From positions 1-30,303 of IMG/VR virus record IMGVR_UViG_3300046495_000030: a stretch of DNA of 30,303 bases; one strand, written 5' to 3'. Origin of the DNA: a virus (Duplodnaviria > Caudoviricetes). The position numbers and the translations under genes are program-made. This document shows positions 1 to 8,441 of this stretch, piece after piece (the first letter of the stretch is position 1; each line of letters opens with the position of its first letter). The notes beneath the pieces are model-generated. The model worked only from the letters and a program-made list of their open reading frames with translations, was not told where the DNA came from and ran no database searches.

Positions 1-34
1 TTTTACATTCAGGTTCTAGTAATTCAGGCATCAT
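1..34 (-). CDS. 5' start of a CDS running off the left edge (MMPELLEPECK...)
   Basis: ATGATG at 34-29 with GGA upstream; open to position 1. Confidence 0.4.
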   Translation of the reverse strand, partial: MMPELLEPECK

Positions 35-42
35 ATTTTTCC

Positions 43-68
43 AAAAAGAGGCTCCCTTTCGAGAGCCT
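43..68 (-). terminator. Rho-independent terminator
   Basis: Minus strand AGGCTCTC-GAAA-GGGAGCCT followed by CTTTTT, just downstream of ORF 99..542. Confidence 0.8.
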
Positions 69-98
69 TGAGTGGTTGCAGAGGAGGCTGCGATAAAA

Positions 99-542
99 CT
101 ATTGATCCAAGCCTTGCTTTTTTGCTTCAGCTGGTAGCACTATTTTCATGCTTGGGGATCCTTCTTTAATAATCAGAAATTGATCTACCAATTCAATTTC
201 TTCTTCAGTCAAACAACGATATTGTTTAACAGATAATTCAGGTTTAAATTCAACCAGCTTATCCGCTTTAATGTGGTTTTCGATAAGTAGATCCTTCATT
301 GCTAGGAAAGCAGGAAGATCAACCTTTCTGGTAATTGGTAAGGTTGCATTAAGAACCCAACCTTTTGGCAAATTCTTTTTATTAGTACCTTCCTTAGCTA
401 ACGGAAAAGCATTTTTGAAAATCTTTAACCGCAATGCGGCTTCCTTTTCGCGTAAGTCACGCAATTCTTCTTGCATGATGTACCATTTTTCCAGTTCAAC
501 AAAATCTATTTCGGGCAATACTTCAGGCATGTTCTTCTCCAA
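99..542 (-). CDS. Phage hypothetical protein next to the primase
   Basis: 147-aa ORF with its own promoter and terminator and an N-terminal coiled coil; true start may be the ATG at 530 (MPEVLPE). Confidence 0.8.
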   Translation of the reverse strand: MEKNMPEVLPEIDFVELEKWYIMQEELRDLREKEAALRLKIFKNAFPLAKEGTNKKNLPKGWVLNATLPITRKVDLPAFLAMKDLLIENHIKADKLVEFKPELSVKQYRCLTEEEIELVDQFLIIKEGSPSMKIVLPAEAKKQGLDQ

Positions 543-567
543 TGTGGTTAATTTTTAGTACAGGTTT

Positions 568-595
568 ATTATATACACTTGTAACTTTATTGCAA
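568..595 (-). promoter_or_regulatory. sigma70-type promoter TTGCAA-N16-TATAAT
   Basis: Read directly; downstream TATAATAAACCTGTAC is identical to that of the promoter at 4783-4810. Confidence 0.8.
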
Positions 596-611
596 ATTTA
601 TTTATTCCGAA

Positions 612-2966
612 TCATTTACTTAGATCAAGTACCCTATATCCTTTTCCACTAAAAGCGTACTTAGTATTCATTTCAACATAGCCAACATCTGATATTACAC
701 CGTTATCAACTAATGATTTTAAAGTAAAGTCCAAAGCCTTACTTGAACCTTGCGGATGCTTTTCAAAAGCTGTCATACTAGCTATTCTAGCCTGTAGGTA
801 TTTTCTAGTAACAACACCTTCCGATTTCATTTTAGGGTCAATCCTATAACCTTTCGACTGGTCATTGAATATATAATCATTTAAGAGGGAGGTTATTTTA
901 AGTTCCCTGCTATTATCATTTATACCAACATCACCGGATTTAGTTCGTTTTTCCATTAAAGCAATTTCAGCTCGGATTTCACGCAAAGCATAGTCAGTAT
1001 GCTCCTTAGTGATAACAGGGAAAATAAAATTATCCGCTACAGCCAATAATGCAGCCTTTTTTGTAAATTTTAATGACGCCCTATTCCACATTTGGCGATA
1101 AGCTTCATCATCTGAACCGTTAATATTATTATCACATTCTATTTCAAATTTACCAATTTCATCAGCAGCTTCCGAATTTCTTTGAACAGGTGTCGTTTCA
1201 CCGGAATTCATTAACGATAGGGATTGACCACATATTTGAGCGAACCAATCAATTAACGGCTTATCAGGCTCCCTAATTTGATTCGGGTTTAAAGGAGGTC
1301 TTTTACCAGTGTACTCCATTAAGTTAAATCTAGAAAGAAAACCGTCAGACATCATGCTTTGTGTTAATGAGTCAAAAAATGTTCCAGGAGTTGTTTCACC
1401 TATCATTGAGTAAGCTACTCCTTCAACCGAATTAACATTGTTCTCCTTAGTTGAATAAGTCAAGCCTCCAACCATAGAAGTTGGTCCTGATTTTTGGTAT
1501 AGGTCAGTCATTGCAGTTCTTAATGATTGCATACCGGAATCCTTACCATCATCTTTTGCTAATCTAGCTAACTTTCGCCCCCATTCGCCAGTAACATTAA
1601 CAAAGCAATTATTGGCTAGAACAGCCTTGATTAAGGCCGGTCCTGATGCGTGATCGTTAAAGTTAACAAACTGCATACAAGCTGGCTCCACATTAACAAC
1701 AGCTGATAATAATGATGATATTCCGCTATGCATTGCTTCCTTGCCAACACCGGATTGAGCTATTAGAATAATATACATATTCAAACCGGATTGGGTTATA
1801 GTCCAAGCTTTACCACATATACCAGCAACTAACCCGTATGATGCGACTATAGCAACTTCCCTAACAGGTCTTGGTGCTGAATAATAAATATACCTAGCAA
1901 TTGTTCCCACCATTCCGGGAGGCCAAGGAACCTCATTTGCATCATAATCCTCGGTTATATTAAGCTGAGAAAAAACCGTTGCGATTGGAGTTTCATAAAT
2001 TTGATCTGTTGTATTATCCTGAGTATGCAAAAATTCACTTTGCTTCTTAATATTTTGAATTTTGGATACTTGTGCAGCGCACATCTCAATTTGGGATTGC
2101 CTAATTGCATTATCGTTAAACTCCCTACTTCTTATTGTTTGCAAGGTATTATTTAAATACCTATTATCCTTCATTGCTTTATCGCGTTCACCTAGTAAAC
2201 TAAGTCTAAATAAACGCCGACACTGTTCGTTGGATTTACTGTAAAACGTTAGCATTGACATAAAGGCAAGATCAGCTTCTGACTGCGATGGATAATCGCC
2301 TTGCCAGTCGCCATTGGATAATTTTATGTATTTGTCGCTATTGGTTGCGGATAATGCTTTGGTTACAATTTCGTTATCAGTATAAACCTCCTCATATTCT
2401 TCTAAACCTGTTTTTGTAGCTTGGGGACACATTTGCAATTTCATATTATCTAAAACTGCTTGGTTTTCAGTAATAGGCAAATTTACAAGGGAATTACCAG
2501 TGCAAATAATATATCGTTCCTGACTGTATACCTCAACACCATCACGGCGCATTCCTGCACCGATTTTTCCTCTAACCCAAATATGTATCCCTTTACCGTA
2601 TTTTGAAAACTCGGTATAGGATTTTAAACTTTGAACAATACTCCAATAGCGGTTCATATGCTCTTGGGTTGTCCATTTAGTTTTATCTATAGTCTGATTT
2701 TTTCGTACCTGACTATCATGATTAGTTACATCCAAATCAATACAGGTAAAAGGGTCATCCTTTGATAAAACATAACCAAAGTCAAGATTGAAATATTTTG
2801 AATAGTTAACAGCCTCTTGAAACGTTAGAAGATAAGTGTTATCTAACACTGAAATATTAAAAACAGAGGAACCGTTAGTCGATAAGGGTGCTTTATTCTC
2901 ACCACTTAAACACCATTGTCTACGCTGCCTTAACTCATAGGGAATCCTATTGTAGGAGGCTGGCAT
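612..2966 (-). CDS. Primase-polymerase (AEP, NrS-1-like) fused to a C-terminal P-loop ATPase/helicase (DUF3987-like)
   Basis: IPxEL...QW start, DPFTCIDLD (DxD), YTEFSKYGKGIHIW, helical-bundle YPSQSEADLA, Walker A AQSGVGKE. Confidence 0.85.
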   Translation of the reverse strand: MPASYNRIPYELRQRRQWCLSGENKAPLSTNGSSVFNISVLDNTYLLTFQEAVNYSKYFNLDFGYVLSKDDPFTCIDLDVTNHDSQVRKNQTIDKTKWTTQEHMNRYWSIVQSLKSYTEFSKYGKGIHIWVRGKIGAGMRRDGVEVYSQERYIICTGNSLVNLPITENQAVLDNMKLQMCPQATKTGLEEYEEVYTDNEIVTKALSATNSDKYIKLSNGDWQGDYPSQSEADLAFMSMLTFYSKSNEQCRRLFRLSLLGERDKAMKDNRYLNNTLQTIRSREFNDNAIRQSQIEMCAAQVSKIQNIKKQSEFLHTQDNTTDQIYETPIATVFSQLNITEDYDANEVPWPPGMVGTIARYIYYSAPRPVREVAIVASYGLVAGICGKAWTITQSGLNMYIILIAQSGVGKEAMHSGISSLLSAVVNVEPACMQFVNFNDHASGPALIKAVLANNCFVNVTGEWGRKLARLAKDDGKDSGMQSLRTAMTDLYQKSGPTSMVGGLTYSTKENNVNSVEGVAYSMIGETTPGTFFDSLTQSMMSDGFLSRFNLMEYTGKRPPLNPNQIREPDKPLIDWFAQICGQSLSLMNSGETTPVQRNSEAADEIGKFEIECDNNINGSDDEAYRQMWNRASLKFTKKAALLAVADNFIFPVITKEHTDYALREIRAEIALMEKRTKSGDVGINDNSRELKITSLLNDYIFNDQSKGYRIDPKMKSEGVVTRKYLQARIASMTAFEKHPQGSSKALDFTLKSLVDNGVISDVGYVEMNTKYAFSGKGYRVLDLSK

Positions 2967-2975
2967 AGAGTTATC

Positions 2976-3212
2976 CTATTTGCTTTGTCTACGTTCATCA
3001 AGAACCTTTTTAAGAGCATATAAGTGCTTTAGGAGGGGTTCACGTTTCCAAATAGTTAACTTGACTTCGTTAACTTCAATAGGATCAGGAAGCTTACCGT
3101 TGTTTTTCCAAGTTACCATAGTTGTGCGTGGTATATTTAAAAACTTTCCTACTTCGGATGAAGTAATATAGAGTGCATTAAACTCTTCTGTGGGTGTTGG
3201 TGTAGGTGACAT
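2976..3212 (-). CDS. AlpA/excisionase-like helix-turn-helix protein
   Basis: YITSSEVGKFLNIPRTTMVTWKNNGKLPDPI matches the AlpA/MerR-type wHTH pattern. Confidence 0.75.
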   Translation of the reverse strand: MSPTPTPTEEFNALYITSSEVGKFLNIPRTTMVTWKNNGKLPDPIEVNEVKLTIWKREPLLKHLYALKKVLDERRQSK

Positions 3213-3242
3213 GTGGGAATCCTTTATGTAAAGTGATCGTGA

Positions 3243-3270
3243 ATTATAACAGCTTTTATTAAAGTTACAA
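3243..3270 (-). promoter_or_regulatory. sigma70-type promoter TTGTAA-N16-TATAAT for the HTH-primase operon
   Basis: Read directly, about 30 nt upstream of the ATG at 3212. Confidence 0.7.
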
Positions 3271-3308
3271 GTGTTATCCTTAATAAAAAATGCTAGGAAA
3301 GTACCGTT

Positions 3309-3371
3309 TTTGCTAGGTTACAGTGTACTCAGTATCGAAACCATGTTAATAAGTACACTGTACACAGCAAA
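3309..3371. repeat. Intergenic inverted repeat
   Basis: TACAGTGTACT (3319-3329) / AGTACACTGTA (3352-3362), with outer TTTGCT/AGCAAA arms. Confidence 0.8.
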
Positions 3372-3387
3372 TTTCTGGTATTTAAGT

Positions 3388-3576
3388 TTATTCAATTTTT
3401 AATAAAATAGCTCTATCATTTATATGAACGTCATCAATAGATTCATACATAAACGCCCATTTTGAACCTAAAATATCCGTTATTGATTGTCTAGCATTGC
3501 GATAGTTACTTGCGGTTATTTCAACACATCCAGGACCACCATGTTCTGTTCCCAGTGTGGCATAATATTTTTTCAT
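3388..3576 (-). CDS. Hypothetical protein
   Basis: 62-aa ORF; TAATG overlap with upstream gene; GAGGA RBS. Confidence 0.75.
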   Translation of the reverse strand: MKKYYATLGTEHGGPGCVEITASNYRNARQSITDILGSKWAFMYESIDDVHINDRAILLKIE

Positions 3577-3764
3577 TACTTTCCTCTACAAGTTGGACAA
3601 ACTGAACCATCATATGATCCTTCACCTGAACCGTTACAAGTAGAACAAATTCCACTTTCATCCGGTACATCGTTATAACTATCCCAGTCAAAACCATCAT
3701 CAACATCGGATAAATCATATTCAGGGTCATCGAAGTTATTTTCATATTCAGCATCTGCAAACAT
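3576..3764 (-). CDS. Small acidic protein with DnaJ-type CxxCxGxG zinc finger
   Basis: D/E-rich N-half, then CSTCNGSG...CPTCRGK. Confidence 0.75.
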   Translation of the reverse strand: MFADAEYENNFDDPEYDLSDVDDGFDWDSYNDVPDESGICSTCNGSGEGSYDGSVCPTCRGK

Positions 3765-3771
3765 AAATCAC

Positions 3772-4020
3772 CTATTGGCTGTAACCAAGACCTTTCATGC
3801 AATCATTGGATGTTGATGAGGTATAAAAAGGGTTTCTATCAAGACCTCTATTAACAAGCTCCTGATATTGAATTTGATCGCACAGAAGTTTGTCGTGCGA
3901 CATCTGATACTGGCTTATGCCAGCTTGATAAAAAGGCTTTTCAGGAGGAATAGCCACACATGCGGATAAAGCAAGTACTGTTACCAGTAATGTTATCCTT
4001 GATAAATTAGATCGTTTCAT
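3772..4020 (-). CDS. Putative lipoprotein
   Basis: Basic N-terminus, hydrophobic core, lipobox LSAC; two further Cys. Confidence 0.7.
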   Translation of the reverse strand: MKRSNLSRITLLVTVLALSACVAIPPEKPFYQAGISQYQMSHDKLLCDQIQYQELVNRGLDRNPFYTSSTSNDCMKGLGYSQ

Positions 4021-4154
4021 ACATTACTCCAAATCATTTTAGTTAACGCTCGCATTGCAAGCAATCTTGCGGATATTCCGCATGTATAAATTGTGGTCAC
4101 ATATCCTTTATAAGTAGCTGTATAGCTACCATTCTCATTTTTATAAACAGTCAT
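4017..4154 (-). CDS. Small hypothetical protein (45 aa, MTVYKNENGSYTATYKG...), not in ORF track
   Basis: Translated by hand; fills the gap; ATGA overlap with 3772..4020. Confidence 0.6.
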   Translation of the reverse strand: MTVYKNENGSYTATYKGYVTTIYTCGISARLLAMRALTKMIWSNV

Positions 4155-4177
4155 AAATCCCGTCCTAAAAAATAAAT

Positions 4178-4417
4178 TTATTTTATCTTATCAAACCAAT
4201 ATTCGATAGCTGTAATAAGACGTTCTTTAGCCAATTCCTCAGTTTTATAATTACCAAGATGGGTTTTTAATCCTGGTAATGAGCAGCTAACTTTATACTT
4301 TAAGTTTTTATCATTTGAGCATGAATCCCAAATAACATCACCGACTTTAAATTTTCCTAAAATTGCATCAACTCCGTTTGCATAATTCCTAGTTTGAACT
4401 TCCCATTTTATTTCCAT
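4178..4417 (-). CDS. Hypothetical protein
   Basis: 79-aa ORF in a tightly packed operon; AGGTG RBS. Confidence 0.75.
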   Translation of the reverse strand: MEIKWEVQTRNYANGVDAILGKFKVGDVIWDSCSNDKNLKYKVSCSLPGLKTHLGNYKTEELAKERLITAIEYWFDKIK

Positions 4418-4420
4418 AAA

Positions 4421-4747
4421 TCACCTATGAAAATAGTATCTACGCCATTCCTTAAACTCAGGATGGTCGAGTGCTAAATACATCCCTTTACCAGTTTTAT
4501 AATCCATTTGTTCTGCACGATAGCAGTATCCGTTATAGCAATTCTGATCGTGTAGTATATTTTCTAAAGCTGTATTAGCTCCGTCTGCCAAACCAATGTA
4601 GTACATTGGAGTTTTTTCTTTGATATAATCCCACAATCTATCAGGGTTTTTTTCAAAGTTTCTTAGGATACTTGAACAATGTTCCATCATATTGTTATGA
4701 CGTTCAAGAGCTTTCAAAACTTGCTTTGTTGGATTTTTGCGTGCCAT
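4421..4747 (-). CDS. Hypothetical protein
   Basis: 108-aa ORF; AAGGA RBS; directly downstream of a promoter. Confidence 0.8.
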   Translation of the reverse strand: MARKNPTKQVLKALERHNNMMEHCSSILRNFEKNPDRLWDYIKEKTPMYYIGLADGANTALENILHDQNCYNGYCYRAEQMDYKTGKGMYLALDHPEFKEWRRYYFHR

Positions 4748-4782
4748 GTTAAATTCCTTTAATTGTTATTGAGTACAGGTTT

Positions 4783-4810
4783 ATTATACAAGGTTGCACT
4801 TGCAAGTCAA
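4783..4810 (-). promoter_or_regulatory. sigma70-type promoter TTGACT-N16-TATAAT
   Basis: Read directly; contains the palindrome ACTTGCAAGT (4798-4807). Confidence 0.85.
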
Positions 4811-4817
4811 ATTTAAA

Positions 4818-4952
4818 TTATCCCTTAAATACAAGATCTTTTAAATAGTCAATGAGACAATAAAAGGCTTGATTCATCATAAATACTATGAATGATAATA
4901 AACAAACAGGAATAAAAAAGGCCATTACAATCCAAAAGCCGATGACATTCAC
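4818..4952 (-). CDS. Small membrane protein (44 aa, MNVIGFWIVMAFFIPVCLLSFIVF...), not in ORF track
   Basis: GTGA overlap with the stop of 4949..5416; one hydrophobic segment. Confidence 0.55.
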   Translation of the reverse strand: MNVIGFWIVMAFFIPVCLLSFIVFMMNQAFYCLIDYLKDLVFKG

Positions 4953-5416
4953 GACTTGTATCCAAAAGCTCGGCACATCGTACAAAACAAAGTAATACGA
5001 TCCTCTTTTTTAAGGAGGTTTAGCTGTATGGCAATATCCGTACAGGTTGCCCAAATATTATAATAAACTAAATCTGTGGTTACTAAAATATTATACGTCC
5101 CTTTACGAAAAGTATCCAAGATACAACCAGCATAATTTAACATATTGGTTTGCCAATCTTTATCAAAGTTATTCGTATAAAAATCAAGGAGTTGCGGTTT
5201 TTGAACAAACAACATGAAATCAACATCCGTGTTTAAAACAGGCGGATTACAAATTATTGAGCTGCCGGTTCGATGCCACAATAAGGCATTGTCCAAAATA
5301 TCCTGTATTTGTTCAGGTGTAGGTTGATTCCCCATTTCCCTTACTTTATCAGGAAATGATATAGATGTTGATGAATTTGTCAGTTCATCATATATTTCTT
5401 GAATACTCATACTCAT
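4949..5416 (-). CDS. Putative Pol-beta-fold nucleotidyltransferase
   Basis: hGS...DxD signature: WHRTGSSIICNPPVLNTDVDFMLFV. Confidence 0.6.
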   Translation of the reverse strand: MSMSIQEIYDELTNSSTSISFPDKVREMGNQPTPEQIQDILDNALLWHRTGSSIICNPPVLNTDVDFMLFVQKPQLLDFYTNNFDKDWQTNMLNYAGCILDTFRKGTYNILVTTDLVYYNIWATCTDIAIQLNLLKKEDRITLFCTMCRAFGYKS

Positions 5417-5721
5417 AAATTATTCCTATTGTTGTAAGCTAACCTAGCTTTTTTAAGATAAGGATTCAGTAATTCCTTGTGATACATTAGCCTAAGTTCC
5501 TCAGTTAATTCCCCTTGTAAGGCTTCTATTAAAAGTTCAACAGCTAAGTCATTATAAGAATATTTCTCCCTGTATCCGCCATTATTTAAATAAGCATTTA
5601 TGGCGTAAGTTATTCTAACATATCGCCCATATCTTTTGTAATCACCCCTAGCATACCACATACCTGTTTTTGGGGATGCCCACACTCCAGGTATTGCCTT
5701 ATTTTCAGATAATATGCTCAT
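5413..5721 (-). CDS. Hypothetical protein
   Basis: 102-aa ORF; ATGA overlaps on both sides. Confidence 0.75.
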   Translation of the reverse strand: MSILSENKAIPGVWASPKTGMWYARGDYKRYGRYVRITYAINAYLNNGGYREKYSYNDLAVELLIEALQGELTEELRLMYHKELLNPYLKKARLAYNNRNNL

Positions 5722-5942
5722 TCGCCTAATACCAGCGTTTTAAAGTTATGGTCGATGTATTCCTTAAAATGGTCAATGATTCTCTCACTTACAATATCAG
5801 AAATATCAACACCCTTTACCTTTATAGCGTTAATTTCAACCTCGTAACCATCCTGTGGATAATAGGCGTCCCATTGATTATAGCTAAATTTAACATCAAC
5901 AGCTATACCGTGAATAGTTAATTCCAATTCTTTAACTCGCAT
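5718..5942 (-). CDS. Hypothetical protein
   Basis: 74-aa ORF; GGAG RBS; translationally coupled. Confidence 0.75.
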   Translation of the reverse strand: MRVKELELTIHGIAVDVKFSYNQWDAYYPQDGYEVEINAIKVKGVDISDIVSERIIDHFKEYIDHNFKTLVLGE

Positions 5943-6343
5943 TACCAGTCACTCCTGTTCATTCGTGGATCAATCGGTGGATATTTGTAGGGTATATTTA
6001 TTTCCTCAATACATACCGTTTTTGATTTTACCGGCTTATCAGTTCGTTGTATAGGTTTTTTATGTCCTATACTGGGCTGAGATAAGAACCACAAACATAA
6101 CTCAACATCAAATCCTTTACAATGACTATTAGGAATTGGCATATTACCTTTAGTTTTCCAAGCACTGGTTCTCTTTAAAGGATTAGTATTGATTAAATCT
6201 TCGATAGCCTTATCATCATACAACATACCTGATCTAGTTCTACCAATAGGCTTAGGTAACTTAATATAACCCTGATTTATCCGAGCTGTCATTTGTTTCA
6301 ATGACAACCCTAATGCTCTGGCTAAGTCATTCCTTGTTTTCAT
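5942..6343 (-). CDS. HTH-like DNA-binding protein (start reassigned to ATG at 6343)
   Basis: MKTRNDLARALGLSLKQMTARINQGYIKLPKPIG is an AlpA/Xis-like pattern. Confidence 0.6.
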   Translation of the reverse strand: MKTRNDLARALGLSLKQMTARINQGYIKLPKPIGRTRSGMLYDDKAIEDLINTNPLKRTSAWKTKGNMPIPNSHCKGFDVELCLWFLSQPSIGHKKPIQRTDKPVKSKTVCIEEINIPYKYPPIDPRMNRSDW

Positions 6344-6554
6344 TTCTAAGATTCCTTTTAAGCCTACGTTCACGTTTCAATCTAGCTTTATTGGTTAAAG
6401 TAGATTTTTCATTTTTGGATTGATTGGGCTTTTGTTTAGCTGGCTTAACAGGTACATCAGGATATACTGTCTCCCCAAGTAACCTACCAAAGTCAGAAAC
6501 AGGTAAGCTTGCAGCAAGACCGGCCAGTAATGATAATCTTAAAGCCGGTTTCAT
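6327..6554 (-). CDS. Small basic hypothetical protein
   Basis: 75 aa; GAGG RBS; hydrophobic N-terminus and K/R-rich C-terminus. Confidence 0.65.
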   Translation of the reverse strand: MKPALRLSLLAGLAASLPVSDFGRLLGETVYPDVPVKPAKQKPNQSKNEKSTLTNKARLKRERRLKRNLRNENKE

Positions 6555-7081
6555 TACACAACCTCCCTGAATGATTCAGCTCTAGCTAACCAACCTTTTT
6601 CAAAGACTTTCTGAGAAGGATTATTAGTGATTATTTGCTTGTAGAATCGAACCCGTAACTCCACTATTTCATTAATAAGATCAGTTTTATCACAAGTACC
6701 GGCAAAATAGGCCGTTTTTTGGCCTATAACACCGTCAACCTGTACAGGACAAGCGAAGCTGATTAACGCCTCTTGTAATATAAGTATGGCACGTTTAGCA
6801 CCATGATTAACTGCCATGTCCAGTATAATAGGTTGTATTTCAACAGGTAATGTACTTATCTTTGGCTTTAGGAAATATTCATTTTTGTAAATGCCTTTCG
6901 CTGTTCCCCTTGTAAGTAACTTCATATCTGCTGTTGATACAAGATTAGGATTTTTACCTAAATATTCAGCATAGACTTTCTTAGTAATACCGAAGTTAGT
7001 CTCGCCACCCTTATCATCTTTGTGGTTAACGTATCCGCCTTCCTTTTTGATAATATCATCCAGCATTTCATCAATTGTCAT
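6554..7081 (-). CDS. Glycoside hydrolase family 108 lysozyme with peptidoglycan-binding domain
   Basis: EGGYVNHKDDKGGETNFGIT, DMAVNHG, DGVIGQKT, FEKGWLAR motifs. Confidence 0.92.
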   Translation of the reverse strand: MTIDEMLDDIIKKEGGYVNHKDDKGGETNFGITKKVYAEYLGKNPNLVSTADMKLLTRGTAKGIYKNEYFLKPKISTLPVEIQPIILDMAVNHGAKRAILILQEALISFACPVQVDGVIGQKTAYFAGTCDKTDLINEIVELRVRFYKQIITNNPSQKVFEKGWLARAESFREVV

Positions 7082-7359
7082 TGTAATGTACCCCTATCCT
7101 GAATTTTTCGTTCTGTTAATACAACAGTTGCAGCAATAAAGCCATCCTGATAACGAATGGAATCCGTACTTTTTAATACTTCCTTTATTTCATCCTCATT
7201 GAGCTTTTCAAATACATCCAAATAAACAACAAAACATGCAAATGTTACAGCGTAAAGCCTGTCATCCAATGTATCATATTTAACGATTATATCAGCCATT
7301 ACATCAGATGGTATATTCCATGCTTGTGACATAACGTCTATTTTCTTTTGGATGCTCAT
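7078..7359 (-). CDS. Hypothetical protein
   Basis: 93-aa coupled ORF. Confidence 0.7.
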   Translation of the reverse strand: MSIQKKIDVMSQAWNIPSDVMADIIVKYDTLDDRLYAVTFACFVVYLDVFEKLNEDEIKEVLKSTDSIRYQDGFIAATVVLTERKIQDRGTLQ

Positions 7360-7910
7360 AGCACTTTTACCATTAATTGATTATGCAGTTTTGTAAATTC
7401 CAATTTGACTATTTCGCCTAAATCAGGAACATAGAAAGTTTCGACCGAAGTTTGATAATTTTCATCATCCAAAATTATATATTCCATACGTTCATCCCAT
7501 ATGGGATTTGAAACAAGCTGCCAATCGTGAGTTTTATCAATCCGAAAGGCAATGCGTTTACCACATTTGTGAGCTTCTTTTTCCTTTGCAAACTTTTCCT
7601 TTTTGATGATTGCTCCAAAATTACTAAGTTCCTCATCATCTTCAAGAACCCTGTAAATTTGAGAGGGATTCCAAAGTGGGGCGGATATAGGGTCAATTTT
7701 ATACCACCGTTCAACCCACGGAAGTGTGGTCACAATTTGTTTCCCATTTTCATAGGCTTCCTTTTCTTTTGCAAACAGACTTGATTGTTCCAGTTCCTTA
7801 GTTAACTTGTCAATTTCACCTGTAAAACGATGAATTTTCTCGTTAAACTGATTTACAAGCTTCTCCCTATGCCGAATTTTATTTTTCAATTCTATTTGTT
7901 CACTTCTCAT
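7356..7910 (-). CDS. Hypothetical protein with coiled coil and an internal tandem domain duplication
   Basis: FAKEKEA...GKxI...W...PxW...Y..L.D.E module present twice; GGAGG RBS. Confidence 0.8.
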   Translation of the reverse strand: MRSEQIELKNKIRHREKLVNQFNEKIHRFTGEIDKLTKELEQSSLFAKEKEAYENGKQIVTTLPWVERWYKIDPISAPLWNPSQIYRVLEDDEELSNFGAIIKKEKFAKEKEAHKCGKRIAFRIDKTHDWQLVSNPIWDERMEYIILDDENYQTSVETFYVPDLGEIVKLEFTKLHNQLMVKVL

Positions 7911-7911
7911 C

Positions 7912-7983
7912 TTACCTCCAAATACTGATTAATAAATACGCCAGATACATATAATAGGCGTTTGTTAAAATAAAGTTTACCAT
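7912..7983 (-). CDS. Hydrophobic microprotein (23 aa, MVNFILTNAYYMYLAYLLISIWR)
   Basis: Translated by hand; overlaps upstream stop and fills the gap exactly. Confidence 0.4.
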   Translation of the reverse strand: MVNFILTNAYYMYLAYLLISIWR

Positions 7984-8105
7984 TTATTTTTACCGTTAGG
8001 CTGTTTATATTTTCCCCTTTTTTCATAAGGATAATCGCTAAAACAAGCACCAACATAAAAGTAAAGAGCTACTACGGATAAAACCCAAAATATAAATTCA
8101 ATCAT
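7977..8105 (-). CDS. Single-TM microprotein (42 aa, MIEFIFWVLSVVALYFYVGACF...)
   Basis: Translated by hand; ATGATTGA start/stop overlap. Confidence 0.6.
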   Translation of the reverse strand: MIEFIFWVLSVVALYFYVGACFSDYPYEKRGKYKQPNGKNKW

Positions 8106-8190
8106 CGTATTTATCCGCTGCTTTTACTACCATGCCAATAAATATACCGGCGGCCAGAATTAAAATACCGTAAACTATCATCTCAATCAT
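8098..8190 (-). CDS. Single-TM microprotein (30 aa, MIEMIVYGILILAAGIFIGMVVKAADKYDD)
   Basis: Translated by hand; AAGGAG RBS; ATGATTGA overlap. Confidence 0.6.
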   Translation of the reverse strand: MIEMIVYGILILAAGIFIGMVVKAADKYDD

Positions 8191-8278
8191 TGGGGTACTC
8201 CTTAGGTTTGCAAAACCACAAATATCCAATAACTACAACAGCTGTAAACAGCCAAGAATAAATCGCGTATTCAATCAT
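8183..8278 (-). CDS. Single-TM microprotein (31 aa, MIEYAIYSWLFTAVVVIGYLWFCKPKEYPND)
   Basis: Translated by hand; AAGGGA RBS. Confidence 0.6.
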   Translation of the reverse strand: MIEYAIYSWLFTAVVVIGYLWFCKPKEYPND

Positions 8279-8279
8279 T

Positions 8280-8441
8280 TTATTCCCTTCTTTTAAAAAA
8301 TTCATAATTTGATAAACTTACATGATTAGCCGGTCTGCCACATAAATTAAATTGACTTTTCGTAAGCTTATGTTTACCAGAAGTTTTAAGATGCCTTTCA
8401 CAACTTAATTTCCACTGACATAAAAATCCTCCACATTTCAC
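8280..8441 (-). CDS. Small Cys-rich protein (53 aa, MKCGGFLCQWKLSCERH...)
   Basis: GGAGG RBS; GTGA overlap; Cx4Cx5CxRH motif. Confidence 0.6.
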   Translation of the reverse strand: MKCGGFLCQWKLSCERHLKTSGKHKLTKSQFNLCGRPANHVSLSNYEFFKRRE

